From Armatimonadota bacterium (GTDB lineage Bacteria > Armatimonadota > SYMT01): a DNA stretch of 64,000 nucleotides. The translations under genes and the position numbers were made by a program. The notes beneath the pieces were generated by a model. It searched no databases. It saw nothing but the letters and a program-made list of their open reading frames with translations, and was not told the origin of the DNA. The stretch lies in NCBI GenBank assembly GCA_046292385.1, contig JBKBRF010000021.1, forward strand, positions 50,668 to 114,667, read 5' to 3'. Within the stretch, counting starts at the first letter, position 1. Each line of letters opens with the position of its first letter. Below are positions 18,310-27,900 of the stretch, in pieces.

Positions 18310-19287
18310 ATGGGACGGGGGGTCTTCCAGGCGCCGATCGGACGGTCCCTGCTGCGGGCACTCGCGCTGGGTGCCGTGCTGACCGCCGCCGGGTGCGCCG
18401 ATCCGCTGATGGTAGCCGGCAATCACCCTGCCGGCAACGCGCCAGCCTCGAAAGGCGAGGGTGCGCGGGCGCCGCGCCCTCCCTTGCTAATCGATGCCGA
18501 GTTCTTCGGCCAGCCGGTCAGTGGTCTCGACCCGGAGCTGGTACGTCGCCTGCAGCGGGCTGAGACGCGGCTTGCCGCTCAGACCGACCGTGCGGACGCG
18601 GACCGCCACTCGGCCTGGGTGAAGACGATCGCGGGTTATCGCGAAGGCAGCCGGGCCCACTCGGAGGGTCGCGCCGTCGATATCAACTCCTCGTCCAACC
18701 CGTACGTGATGCACGAGTACGGCGAGGAAGAGCTGGACCAGGTGCTCGGTCCCATCTACCACCGGATCGCTCGCCTGATGCTCGGCCGCGACTCGGTCAT
18801 TCCGGAGGAGATCACGCAGGGTACACCCTCTCCGGACCGCACGATGCGCCTGTACGAGAAGCTGCGCGAGGAGAGCGGCGCCATGGCCGCTTACTTCCGG
18901 CTCATGCCGGACCGCACGCGCCTCTCCGAGCAGCTCGCGAAGGTAAACAGTCGCGGACGCTCGGACACGCTCGACGACCTGGCCGGCGTCACTCCGGAGG
19001 CGCTGCAGGCGCAGATGATGACGGATTACGTCACTCTCGCCGGACGACCCGGCCCGCCGGTAGAGGGGTTGACTTATCCAGAGCCGGCTCCGGTCCCGGG
19101 CGACCGTCCTCTCGAAGGAGCTGCGGAGCATCGCGCTCCGGAGCAAGGTTTCCTCGACCTGGACCGGGACCTGGTGCGGGCGCTCACCGAAGCCGGAATC
19201 CGGTGGGGCGGCACCGACATGGCGAATGCCAGCGGCGATCTCATGCACTTCTTCTTGCCGGGCGAAGAGAGCTCGATCGGTGAGTGA
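18310..19287 (+). CDS. Putative lipoprotein, M15-family Zn peptidase with a large internal insertion
   Basis: Lipobox-like TAAGC; H-x6-D (HSEGRAVD); WGG...DLMHF near the C-terminus. Confidence 0.65.
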   Translation: MGRGVFQAPIGRSLLRALALGAVLTAAGCADPLMVAGNHPAGNAPASKGEGARAPRPPLLIDAEFFGQPVSGLDPELVRRLQRAETRLAAQTDRADADRHSAWVKTIAGYREGSRAHSEGRAVDINSSSNPYVMHEYGEEELDQVLGPIYHRIARLMLGRDSVIPEEITQGTPSPDRTMRLYEKLREESGAMAAYFRLMPDRTRLSEQLAKVNSRGRSDTLDDLAGVTPEALQAQMMTDYVTLAGRPGPPVEGLTYPEPAPVPGDRPLEGAAEHRAPEQGFLDLDRDLVRALTEAGIRWGGTDMANASGDLMHFFLPGEESSIGE

Positions 19288-19342
19288 TTTCGCTGCTTAG
19301 GCACTCCCGGCGCCGGGTACCTCCCCAGTGGGAGGAAGTGCG

Positions 19343-20347
19343 ATGCGAAGGTGGGCATGGCTCGCAGCGGCGGTGTTGGCCGTCGCCGGATCCGGAGCTT
19401 CTGCGGCAGCGCCTCAGCTCGCCGCGACAGCGCCTCAGCTCTCTGCGGCAGCGATCAACAATGCCGGCCCGGGCCAGCCCCTGCCGGGCGGCCGCGGGAT
19501 GAATCCCGCCATCGTCAAAGCGCAGGTGCTGCTCGACCGGTCGATCGTGTCGCCCGGCGTCATCGACGGCTTTCCCGGGGGCAATACGACCAAGGCGATC
19601 CGCGTCTTTCAGCAGCTCAACCGGTTGCAGCCGTCCGGCGCGCTGGATGAGCCGACCTGGACCCTGCTGACTCGGATCACCAGCGATCCGGCCGTCGCGA
19701 CCTACACGATCACGCAGGCCGACGTCACCGGTCCGTTCGTGCAGCGGATACCGACCAAGATGAAGGCGATGGCCGATTTGAAGTCGCTCGCCTACCGGTC
19801 TCCCCGCGAGCGGCTGGCGGAGAGGTTTCACATGGATGAGGACCTCTTGCGAGCACTCAACCCGGGTGTCGACTTCACGAGGCCGGGCACTCAGATCCTC
19901 GTGGCGAACGTGCGCCGTGCGCCTTCCGGTGTCAAGGCGGCACTCATCACCGTTAATAAGCGGGCGCAGTCAGTAAGCGCGTTCTCCCGGGACGGACGGC
20001 TGCTCGCCTTCTATCCAGCCACGGTGGGGAGCGGTGAGTTCCCCTCGCCGTCCGGCGAGCGCAAGGTCACCGCCATCGCGTGGAACCCCACCTTTACCTA
20101 CACGTCCAGACTCGAGTACTCGCAGGGACTGAAGCCCGGTGAGGGCGTTGTCATCCCCGCCGGTCCAAACAGCCCGGTCGGCCTCGTCTGGATCGACCTG
20201 AACAAGCGGGGCTACGGCATCCACGGCTCTCCGGATCCGGAGAAGATCGGCAAGCGTGCTTCGCACGGCTGCGTGCGCCTGACCAACTGGGACGCGCAGG
20301 AGCTGGCGCAGATGACCGAAAAGGGCACCACGGTCCGGTTCGAGTAA
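19343..20347 (+). CDS. L,D-transpeptidase (YkuD) with peptidoglycan-binding domain
   Basis: Signal peptide; PG-binding IDG..G.NT..AI..FQ; YGIHG...SHGCVRL. Confidence 0.93.
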   Translation: MRRWAWLAAAVLAVAGSGASAAAPQLAATAPQLSAAAINNAGPGQPLPGGRGMNPAIVKAQVLLDRSIVSPGVIDGFPGGNTTKAIRVFQQLNRLQPSGALDEPTWTLLTRITSDPAVATYTITQADVTGPFVQRIPTKMKAMADLKSLAYRSPRERLAERFHMDEDLLRALNPGVDFTRPGTQILVANVRRAPSGVKAALITVNKRAQSVSAFSRDGRLLAFYPATVGSGEFPSPSGERKVTAIAWNPTFTYTSRLEYSQGLKPGEGVVIPAGPNSPVGLVWIDLNKRGYGIHGSPDPEKIGKRASHGCVRLTNWDAQELAQMTEKGTTVRFE

Positions 20348-20522
20348 GGCGCTTCTCCCCAGGAGAGACTCTGCGGGGCGCCCATCCACGTCCCCGGTTG
20401 GTTGCGAGTCGATCCATCGCATCTCTGGTCAGTGATTTCCAGTGTGTGCCATACTGGGATCTGTGCGGCGAGGCCGATGCTGACTCGAGCCGTCCCCACG
20501 CTGCCACCGGAGGGATCATCGA

Positions 20523-22295
20523 ATGCGATGCCGCGTCGGTCTGCTGCTGCCGCTCTGCCTTGCCGGAGCCCTGTTGGGGTTAGCTGCGGACCGGGGGAAT
20601 GCCGGCGCCGGGCTCTCCGGACAGTCTGTCTTGCTCTCTGCTGCTTCAGAGCCGGGACTGCGCAAGCGCGTCTCGCTGAACGCGGAAGGGGCTCACGTCG
20701 AACAGGTGCTGACACAGCTCCAGGCGGTCTCGGGCGTGCGCCTGGAGGCGCAGGGTCGGGTCAAGGACGAACGCGTCGTAGCACTCGTCGCGGACGAAAC
20801 GGTTGGGGAAGTACTCGACTCGATCGCGTCCCTGTATCGAGCGGGGTGGGTCCGGCAGCAGTCCGGATCGCGGGTGGTCTATCGCCTGGAGGAGCGGCCC
20901 AACCTGGAGCGGGACGAGGACCGGCTCCGGCGGCAGTGCCTGGAGCGCGCCATGGCGCGGCTGAGGGCGGGACTGTCGAACGGCCCCGCCCGCCCGGTCG
21001 ATCCGCGGCGCGATTGGAGCAAGTGTTATGAGCTCGTGCTGCCCGCGATCAGCTCCCGCGCCGGGGAGCTGCTGCAAAGCGGCTATCTCGAGCTCGCGCC
21101 GGGTGAGCTCCCCGAACCGGCGCGGAGCGGTCTCCTCGCCGCACTGCAGCCGCGCCTGGACTACGAGCATGCCGCGTTCGTGGGGATTCAGGAGACGTTC
21201 GATGCGGACAGGCAGCCCGGGGCAGCCGGACTGGTTGTCCCAGAAGCGAAAGCTCCGCCGGCGGCGGCTGTGGATTGCCGGATCGCCGTCCGGTTCGTTC
21301 TCGCGGATGATCCGGGGATCCAGGTCGGGCTGCTGACGCCGAGCGGCGGGTACTTCCCCTGGCTCACCACCTCCGAGGCCGGCTCCGGCACCGTCGGGGT
21401 ACGGCTCTATGAGACCGACGCTGCCTCCAAAGCCGCCGGGGAGCAGCCGGACGCGCAGAACGAGGAGAAAGACGGATCTCTCGACCGGGTGATCGCGCTG
21501 CGGCCGCCGCGCAGCAAGCGGGAACGGGACGCGAAGTACTGGATCGGACAGCTGCGTCGTCTCGCCGACTCCGCCCGGATCAGCATCTACGCGGACTGCT
21601 ACGCGGACTATCGCTACGGGGACGACGGTCATCCTCGCGGAGGCGTTCGCTGGGCGGAACAGGGCACTCTGCGGGAGCTGTTAACGACCTTCTGTCGAGC
21701 TGAAAGCACTGCCGCGGGAGCCCTGCCACCGCCGCACAGCTTCTGGTGGCGCCGGAGCCAGTCGATCTTCGTCCGCAGCACGCGCTGGATCTGGCAGGAG
21801 CAGACCATCATCCCGGCCGCGATTTCGGAACAGATCGGCCGGAGCCTGGAACGGAACGGGCGCCTCTCGCCGGATGACCTCTCCGCGCTAGCGGCTCTCA
21901 ACCGGATCCAGCTGGCGGGCGCCGGGCCGGCACGCGGCACGACGATCGGGTGGACCCTCGGCATCGAGGCGGCATCGCAGTTCAGCGTACCGGGCCGCGA
22001 TCTGCTGCTCCGCTCCTTCCTCGTGTGGGAGCGCCTGCTCCCAGCAGACCAGGCGGTACTGCTGCGCCTGTTTCCAGGGAATGGGTCCGCGGTACCCGCG
22101 TATCAAGCTTCCGTCGAAACCCGACTCCGGAAACTTGCCTCTCAGGGCGGCCTGGCTGCCACGCTGATCGTCGAAGGCCGCTGGAACGGAAACCGGGGTC
22201 TCACCGTTGCGCACCTCCCCCTGCCGGGGAAAGGTGAGAACGGGAAGACCGATCCCTCGCTGCTCGAGTGTAAACTCGTTCCCAATGCGTCGTGA
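20523..22295 (+). CDS. Exported hypothetical protein with two STN/secretin-N-like modules
   Basis: Signal peptide; LRKRVSL...VLTQLQAVSGVRL...VLDSIASLY.W and a second diverged copy LDRVIAL...LRRLADSARISIYAD...LRELL...WW. Confidence 0.55.
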   Translation: MRCRVGLLLPLCLAGALLGLAADRGNAGAGLSGQSVLLSAASEPGLRKRVSLNAEGAHVEQVLTQLQAVSGVRLEAQGRVKDERVVALVADETVGEVLDSIASLYRAGWVRQQSGSRVVYRLEERPNLERDEDRLRRQCLERAMARLRAGLSNGPARPVDPRRDWSKCYELVLPAISSRAGELLQSGYLELAPGELPEPARSGLLAALQPRLDYEHAAFVGIQETFDADRQPGAAGLVVPEAKAPPAAAVDCRIAVRFVLADDPGIQVGLLTPSGGYFPWLTTSEAGSGTVGVRLYETDAASKAAGEQPDAQNEEKDGSLDRVIALRPPRSKRERDAKYWIGQLRRLADSARISIYADCYADYRYGDDGHPRGGVRWAEQGTLRELLTTFCRAESTAAGALPPPHSFWWRRSQSIFVRSTRWIWQEQTIIPAAISEQIGRSLERNGRLSPDDLSALAALNRIQLAGAGPARGTTIGWTLGIEAASQFSVPGRDLLLRSFLVWERLLPADQAVLLRLFPGNGSAVPAYQASVETRLRKLASQGGLAATLIVEGRWNGNRGLTVAHLPLPGKGENGKTDPSLLECKLVPNAS

Positions 22296-22314
22296 GCGCG
22301 TGCCGGGCCGCCGC

Positions 22315-23328
22315 TCAGCGCTGCCAGTAGCGGCGCTGGGCGGCGTCCAGGGCGGCGCCGAGGAAGATCACCGCTCCCTGCACCAGCTTCTTCCAGCTCG
22401 TGTCGCCGAACTGGCCGCCGAGCATCGGGAGGCCGTTGAAGAGCAGCGCGAGGAGCAGGAAGCCGAGGAACGTGCCGCCTACCCCGCCGCGGCCGCCGGT
22501 GAGGCTGGTGCCGCCGATCACCACCATCGCGATCGCGTTGAGCTCGAAGGCGTCGCTGAGGGCCACCTTCGGGTCGGCCGTGTGGTTGACGCCCATCTGC
22601 ATCACGGCGGCGAGCCAGGCGCAGACAGCGGAGATGACGTATGCGGAGAGCTCCACCCACCGCACCGGCACGCCGTTCAGCCGCGCCGCCTCCCGGTTGG
22701 AGCCGACCGCGTAGACGTACCGCCCGTAAGAAGTGCGCGCGAGCACCAGCGCGGCCAGCGCGTAGAGCGCCAGCACCGCCGGGAGCATCACCGGGAAACG
22801 AGTGCCCAGGAGCGGGAAGTCGGTCCCGCCGAGCCACTCCAGCTCCGGCGGGAGCGGGGAGATCGACTGGTTGTTGGAGATCAGGAGCGCACCGCCGTAC
22901 GCCGCCACCATCACCGCCAGCGTGACGATGAACGACGGGATCCGGAAGACCGCCACGCAGGCACCGACCGCTCCCCCGATCGCCAGCGCCGCCCCGAAGC
23001 CTCCCGCCAGCGCCGCCGCGGGCGGAGCGCCGGAGCCTTTCCAGAGCCCGGCCATGACGAACATCAGGAGCATCATCAGGAAGCCGACCGAGAGGTCGAT
23101 CCCCCCAGTGAGGATGACGAACGTCATCCCGAGGGCGAGCACCGCCACCGGGCTGTAGTACTTGAAAATCAGCGCGACGGTGTTCCAGCTCAGGAACGTC
23201 GGCTGCGCCCGCGCGAAGATCACCGCCAGCACGACGATTACCGCCAGGACGCCAAGCTGCGTCGCAAACTTCCCGATCCGGAGCGACGGCGCCCCGGCAG
23301 CGGTCTTCTCCAGCATTCCGCTCCGCAC
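22315..23328 (-). CDS. Sugar ABC transporter permease (RbsC family)
   Basis: GGIDLSVG, YAVGSNREAARLNG and ELNAIAMVVIGGTSLTGG motifs. Confidence 0.93.
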   Translation of the reverse strand: MRSGMLEKTAAGAPSLRIGKFATQLGVLAVIVVLAVIFARAQPTFLSWNTVALIFKYYSPVAVLALGMTFVILTGGIDLSVGFLMMLLMFVMAGLWKGSGAPPAAALAGGFGAALAIGGAVGACVAVFRIPSFIVTLAVMVAAYGGALLISNNQSISPLPPELEWLGGTDFPLLGTRFPVMLPAVLALYALAALVLARTSYGRYVYAVGSNREAARLNGVPVRWVELSAYVISAVCAWLAAVMQMGVNHTADPKVALSDAFELNAIAMVVIGGTSLTGGRGGVGGTFLGFLLLALLFNGLPMLGGQFGDTSWKKLVQGAVIFLGAALDAAQRRYWQR

Positions 23329-23432
23329 TTCCTAATCCAAGCCGACGCCCGGACCCACCCGCCGTGGGGGGCGTCCTGACCGGCACTAACTGTGGCCCGC
23401 CCGTGGTCGGCAGTCCTCGTCTTCCTGCCCTA

Positions 23433-23590
23433 GTCATCCTGACAGGAGGGGAGGATCTACGTCACGCGGCTCTCCGCAAGTACGTCTGGCTGCCGTTCGG
23501 GAGCGCCCCGCCAGGCCGCATCATCGTCACTCCGATGCGTGCTCCGGACCAAGACGGCTGCCGAGATTCTTCACTCCGTTCAGAATGACA
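23433..23590. repeat. Palindromic intergenic element GTCATCCTGA...GAGGATCT / AGATTCTTC...TCAGAATGAC
   Basis: Imperfect terminal inverted repeats about 155 bp apart, between two genes of one ABC system. Confidence 0.65.
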
Positions 23591-23787
23591 AATCCGCGGA
23601 ACGGTGCCTCGATCGAAGCGCCGGACGGCTATCGATGGGGCGGTGATCCGCTTCTTCGGGTGTGGCCGACCCTCGGCCGTGCCTGCGGCTCACGATGACT
23701 GGAGTGTAAGACGGTTGCAGCCTCCCGCGCACGGCCTCTCCCCGTCCCTCTGTCTCTCCGTCCCTCTGTCCCTCTGTCCCGGGAAGG

Positions 23788-24900
23788 CTACACGCCGCCC
23801 TTCAGCTGGTCGGCCCAGAGTTTACCCTGCTGCTCCTGGGCTTCCTTCTGGGTGACCAGGTGGTGGCGGATGGCGATGTAGGTGCTGTCCGGCTGGCTGC
23901 CGTTCAGGACCTTGCGGAGCTGCTTCACCGTCTCGCGGCCCATCTCGATCGGCTCCTGGGAGACGGTCGCCTCGATCTCCCCGGCGCGCACCGCGTCGAT
24001 CACCGGCTTGTTGCCGTCCATCCCGACGATCAGCACCCGCTTCGGATCGTTCGGCTCGCCGCGGCCCTTCTTCACGTCTTTGACCGCGTTCAGGGCGCCG
24101 ATGGCGTTGTCATCGTTGTGGCAGAAGAGCAGCTCGATGTCCGGGTTCGAGGTGAGGATCGGAGCGATCTCCTGCTGGCTCTTCGCCGCGTTGAAGTTGC
24201 CGACCGCCTTGATGATCTTCACGCCGGGGGTCTTCGTGGAATTGAAGACCCGCTCGAACCCGGCGGCGCGGTCCTGGGCGGAGCTGGCCGCTTCCAGGCC
24301 CCAGAGATGGACCACCGTCGCGGAGAGCTTCTTCACCTCCTCCGCATTGGCGGGGTCGAGGCCTCGACGTTCGCAGAGCAGCTTCATCGCGTGCTCCGCC
24401 GCCATCTCCCCCATCGCCACGTTGTCGGTCTCCACGGTGCAGGCGACCTCGGCCCCGTCCGCCGTGACCCGGCGGTCGATGCAAAAGACCGGAATCCCCG
24501 CCGCGTTGGCCGCCTTCACCGGGTTCACCGCCTGGGTGGCGTCGACCGGCACCATGACGATCGCCTTGACCCCCTTCTGGATCAGCTGGTCGACCTGCTG
24601 CTGCTGCTGGGTCGCGCTGTCGTCCGCCACCACGAACTCGCCCCGCATGCCTTCTTCCGCGAGCTGCTCCTCCACGCCCTGGCGCATTCCGATGAAGAAG
24701 TTGTGGTTCATCGAGGAGAGCGCCACGCCGACTGTCTCGCCGGACACCTGCATGCCGCCGCCGCCGTTGCCGAGGGTAGCGCCGGAGTTGTCGCCGGCGG
24801 TGCCGCCGCTGCAGCCGGCGAGCGCGAAGGACAGGGCGGTCAGGCCGAGCAGCGCGGAGCGCCGCGAAAAGAGGGTTCTGGGGGAGAAGATGGAGTTCAT
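23788..24900 (-). CDS. Sugar ABC transporter substrate-binding lipoprotein (RbsB family)
   Basis: Lipobox LAGC; NFF, GIPVFCIDR, CHNDDNAIGA and GMDG motifs. Confidence 0.92.
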   Translation of the reverse strand: MNSIFSPRTLFSRRSALLGLTALSFALAGCSGGTAGDNSGATLGNGGGGMQVSGETVGVALSSMNHNFFIGMRQGVEEQLAEEGMRGEFVVADDSATQQQQQVDQLIQKGVKAIVMVPVDATQAVNPVKAANAAGIPVFCIDRRVTADGAEVACTVETDNVAMGEMAAEHAMKLLCERRGLDPANAEEVKKLSATVVHLWGLEAASSAQDRAAGFERVFNSTKTPGVKIIKAVGNFNAAKSQQEIAPILTSNPDIELLFCHNDDNAIGALNAVKDVKKGRGEPNDPKRVLIVGMDGNKPVIDAVRAGEIEATVSQEPIEMGRETVKQLRKVLNGSQPDSTYIAIRHHLVTQKEAQEQQGKLWADQLKGGV

Positions 24901-25102
24901 CGGCTTCGCAAGTGAGGCAGGTGGGGACGATCCGCACCGACAACTATCGCTCCGATACTGTTGGCCCTCGGCGGCCCGGGTTCCTTACTGCGAGGGTGTA
25001 GCGTTTCAGGTGCAGCGTGCAGCTCGAGAAGAGCTGCGGCGTTCCGTCCCTGGTCCGTTACCATCCCCCGTTCCGCCCTGGTGCCGGTCTGATGAAACGA
25101 TC

Positions 25103-25972
25103 ATGCCTGTCCCTACCAGCTTCCTTTCCGAGATCATCGCCCTGTTCGGCCAGCCGGTGGCCGAGAACCCGACCCAGTACATGCACGAGCGCGCGTTCGA
25201 GTCGCTGGGACTGAACTGGCGCTACGTCACGCTGGAAGTTCCCCCGCCGGCGCTGCCGGACGCGGTCCGCGGCATGCGGGCGATGAGCTTTGCCGGGGCC
25301 AACTGCACCATCCCGCATAAGGTAGCGGTGATGGAGCACCTGGACGAGATCACCCCGGCCGCGCGCAAGATTGGCGCGGTGAACACGATCGTCCGGCAGG
25401 CGGACGGCAGCCTGCTGGGTGAGAACACTGACGGCAAGGGCTTTATCCGCAGTGTGCGCGAGGCGGGCGGCGACCTCGCCGGCGCGCGGGCCGTGGTGCT
25501 GGGGGCGGGCGGCGCGGCCCGCGCCATCGCGGTGGAGCTGGCGGAGGCCGGCGCGCGCCACGTCACCATCGTGAACCGTACCCGGGAGAAGGGCGAGGCG
25601 CTGGCGGCGCAGGTGCGGGAGCGGACCTCCGCGGAGACCCGCTTCGAGCCGTGGGCCGGCGACTACGCCGTGCCGGCGGACACCCAGCTTCTGGTCAACG
25701 CGACCAGCATCGCGCTCTTCCCGGACGTGGACGACCGGGTGCCGGTCGATTACTCCACCCTCCGACCGGGAATGCTCGCCTGCGACGTGATCCCGAATCC
25801 GCCAAGCACCCCGTTCCTTCGCCTGGCGGCGGAGGCGGGGGCCACCCCGCTCGACGGGCTGGGGATGCTGGTCTACCAGGGCGCCATCGCGTTCAAGATG
25901 TGGACCGGCCACGACGCGCCGGTCGACGTGATGCGCGGCGCCCTGGAAGAGGTGTTCGCGGCCGGGTCGTAG
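25103..25972 (+). CDS. aroE: Shikimate dehydrogenase
   Basis: GANCTIPHK, GAVNT, GENTDG, LGAGGAARA and GLGMLVYQG motifs; start at ATG 25103. Confidence 0.92.
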   Translation: MPVPTSFLSEIIALFGQPVAENPTQYMHERAFESLGLNWRYVTLEVPPPALPDAVRGMRAMSFAGANCTIPHKVAVMEHLDEITPAARKIGAVNTIVRQADGSLLGENTDGKGFIRSVREAGGDLAGARAVVLGAGGAARAIAVELAEAGARHVTIVNRTREKGEALAAQVRERTSAETRFEPWAGDYAVPADTQLLVNATSIALFPDVDDRVPVDYSTLRPGMLACDVIPNPPSTPFLRLAAEAGATPLDGLGMLVYQGAIAFKMWTGHDAPVDVMRGALEEVFAAGS

Positions 25973-26077
25973 GACGTCGGCTCCGCCGCGAGCTGCTGCG
26001 CGGCCTGACCCGCACGTGCGGGTGCGCTGCAGAACGATCGACGCTCCAGGGCCCTCGTCCCCGCAGGCCGAAGGCCC

Positions 26078-26216
26078 TGGAGTGCGGGAGCTTGCTCCCG
26101 CGTTCGCTGCCGTATGCGATACCGAGCCGTCGAAACCGGAAGAACCCTGCGTCGGCCTGGGAGTATTCTGCGTGAGCGGCAGGCTCCCCAAAGCGGCAGC
26201 AAGCTGCCGCACTCCA
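26078..26216. repeat. Inverted pair of GGAG-type REP-like units (TGGAGTGCGGGAGCTTGCTCCCGC / AAAGCGGCAGCAAGCTGCCGCACTCCA)
   Basis: Each unit is a short hairpin preceded by GGAGT; related units at 63802-63825 and 63886-63902. Confidence 0.75.
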
Positions 26217-26315
26217 CATACCAGCCCGCGTGCTGATCCCGCTTCACCCACAGAGTGAACCGGGCAGGTAGCTCCGTGGGGAATGTGTCACACAGCGAGG
26301 GCTTGCCTCTCCGCG

Positions 26316-27818
26316 CTACTCGTCTTGCTCGAACTCCGCCAGGGCGCGCTCCAGGCGGAGCTGGACGGCGGCACGATCGGAGGCGGCGAGCGCCTGCTCC
26401 TGGGCGGGAGTCGGCTGCCAGCCGCGGCGGTCGAGGCCGCGAAACGGCTCCCGCAGCTTGCGGTAGGCGCCGTCGGTCCAGAGGCTCTCGCCCGGCAGGA
26501 ACGAGTACTCGAGGCTGTTTCGGGCGAGCTCCTTCAGGTCGGCGTAGGAGAGGTCCCAGCTTCGCGCGGCGCGGAGGTACTCCAGGGTGATGTTGCTGCG
26601 GGAGACCGCGTCGTCGTCGGTGTTGAGCGTGAGCGGGACGCCGGCCTTGCGGTAGAAGTGGAACGGGTAGTCGCTTCCGCTCTTCCCCAGGATCACGGCG
26701 GCGCTGGTGGGGCACACCTCCACCGCGATCCGCTCGTCGCGCATCTTCCGGAGGAGCTGTGCCGCGTTGTCTTCCCACGCCACCGCGGTCCCGTGGCCGA
26801 TCCGGCGGGCGTGCCCGATCTCGATCGACTTCCGGATGTGGCTGGTGAGGTCTTCCAGCGGCGCCAGGGTGACGTTCAGCTCTCCGGCGTGGAGCGTCAC
26901 GTTCGGGCGGTCGAACTGCTTCCAGAGGAAATCGAGGATCGCCATGTGGCGGTCGAACCGCTCCCGGGCGATCGGATGGTCTTCCGGCGCGGCGAAGTTG
27001 ACCCCCACCACGCGCCGGTCCTCCTGCATCAGCGCGAAGGCGGCCGCCCACGCGGCGAAGATCGTGGCATCCGGTCCGGTGCGGTAGGCGGTGATGAGGT
27101 AGCGCACCGTGACCGGCCCTCCTGGCCCGGACAGCGGCGCCGGCACCTCTGCTAGACGGGCGACCTCCCGGTCGAGACGGTCCAGCTCGGCGCGAGCTTC
27201 GCGCACGTAGTCCGGCAGCAGGGGCCGGATCCGCTGCAGCACCTGGGCGTCCGTCCCCGGCTCCGCCGCGGCGGCGCGGAGGCGCGGGATCACGGAGGTC
27301 TCCGGGGAATGCATCAGCTCCAGGTACTGCAGGTTCTGCATGCGGGCCCGCCGAACGATCTCCGCAAGCGCCACGGCGTCGTCGGTCTTCTGCCAGCCGC
27401 TTCCGAGGGGCCCGAAGGCGGAGAAGAAGTGGTCGTGCCCGCCCGCCGCTCCGCCGAACGGCCCGCGCATGGTCGCACGGTTGAAGTAGGCGTAGCGCAG
27501 CGGGTCATCGGTCAGCAGCCGCGAGGCCGGCACGTTCTCCGCGCTCTGCTCCGCCTCGAACCGGAAGAGCCGCGGGTTGTAGAAGAGCCCCTGCCGCACC
27601 GCCTCGCGCAGCCCGTGCTCCACAAAGACCGAGCCGCCGGCGTGGTTGTGGAGGTCGCCGCCCTTCGGCATCGCGCGCAGGAAGGCGATGAGGGATGGCT
27701 CATCGGCAAGCGCCTCCCGGAAGCGGCGCGCCGTCGAGCGCTGGTCGCCGGTAGCGGGCGCGAGAGGCAGGACGACCGCGAGCAGAAGTAGAGCGAGCAG
27801 GCGGGCGAGAGGTCTCAT
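26316..27818 (-). CDS. Adenosine deaminase family protein with signal peptide
   Basis: MPKGGDLHNH, LHAGE, RIGHG, EVCPTS and NTDD motifs; N-terminal hydrophobic signal. Confidence 0.9.
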   Translation of the reverse strand: MRPLARLLALLLLAVVLPLAPATGDQRSTARRFREALADEPSLIAFLRAMPKGGDLHNHAGGSVFVEHGLREAVRQGLFYNPRLFRFEAEQSAENVPASRLLTDDPLRYAYFNRATMRGPFGGAAGGHDHFFSAFGPLGSGWQKTDDAVALAEIVRRARMQNLQYLELMHSPETSVIPRLRAAAAEPGTDAQVLQRIRPLLPDYVREARAELDRLDREVARLAEVPAPLSGPGGPVTVRYLITAYRTGPDATIFAAWAAAFALMQEDRRVVGVNFAAPEDHPIARERFDRHMAILDFLWKQFDRPNVTLHAGELNVTLAPLEDLTSHIRKSIEIGHARRIGHGTAVAWEDNAAQLLRKMRDERIAVEVCPTSAAVILGKSGSDYPFHFYRKAGVPLTLNTDDDAVSRSNITLEYLRAARSWDLSYADLKELARNSLEYSFLPGESLWTDGAYRKLREPFRGLDRRGWQPTPAQEQALAASDRAAVQLRLERALAEFEQDE

Positions 27819-27900
27819 GCCAGATCGTTAAGGGATCGGCCCGCCGTTTCCTGTCGCGGAGCGCGCGCAGCCGAAGGACGAGTGAGAAGGAGAGATCCGG

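Noticed and set aside
19408..19442. 21-bp-period direct repeat CAGCGCCTCAGCTC
   Set aside because: Two-copy in-frame duplication (APQLAAT/APQLSAA) in a linker; not CRISPR
23882..25102. Apparent 400-aa N-terminal extension on AroE
   Set aside because: It is the antisense of the sugar-binding protein gene; homology starts at ATG 25103
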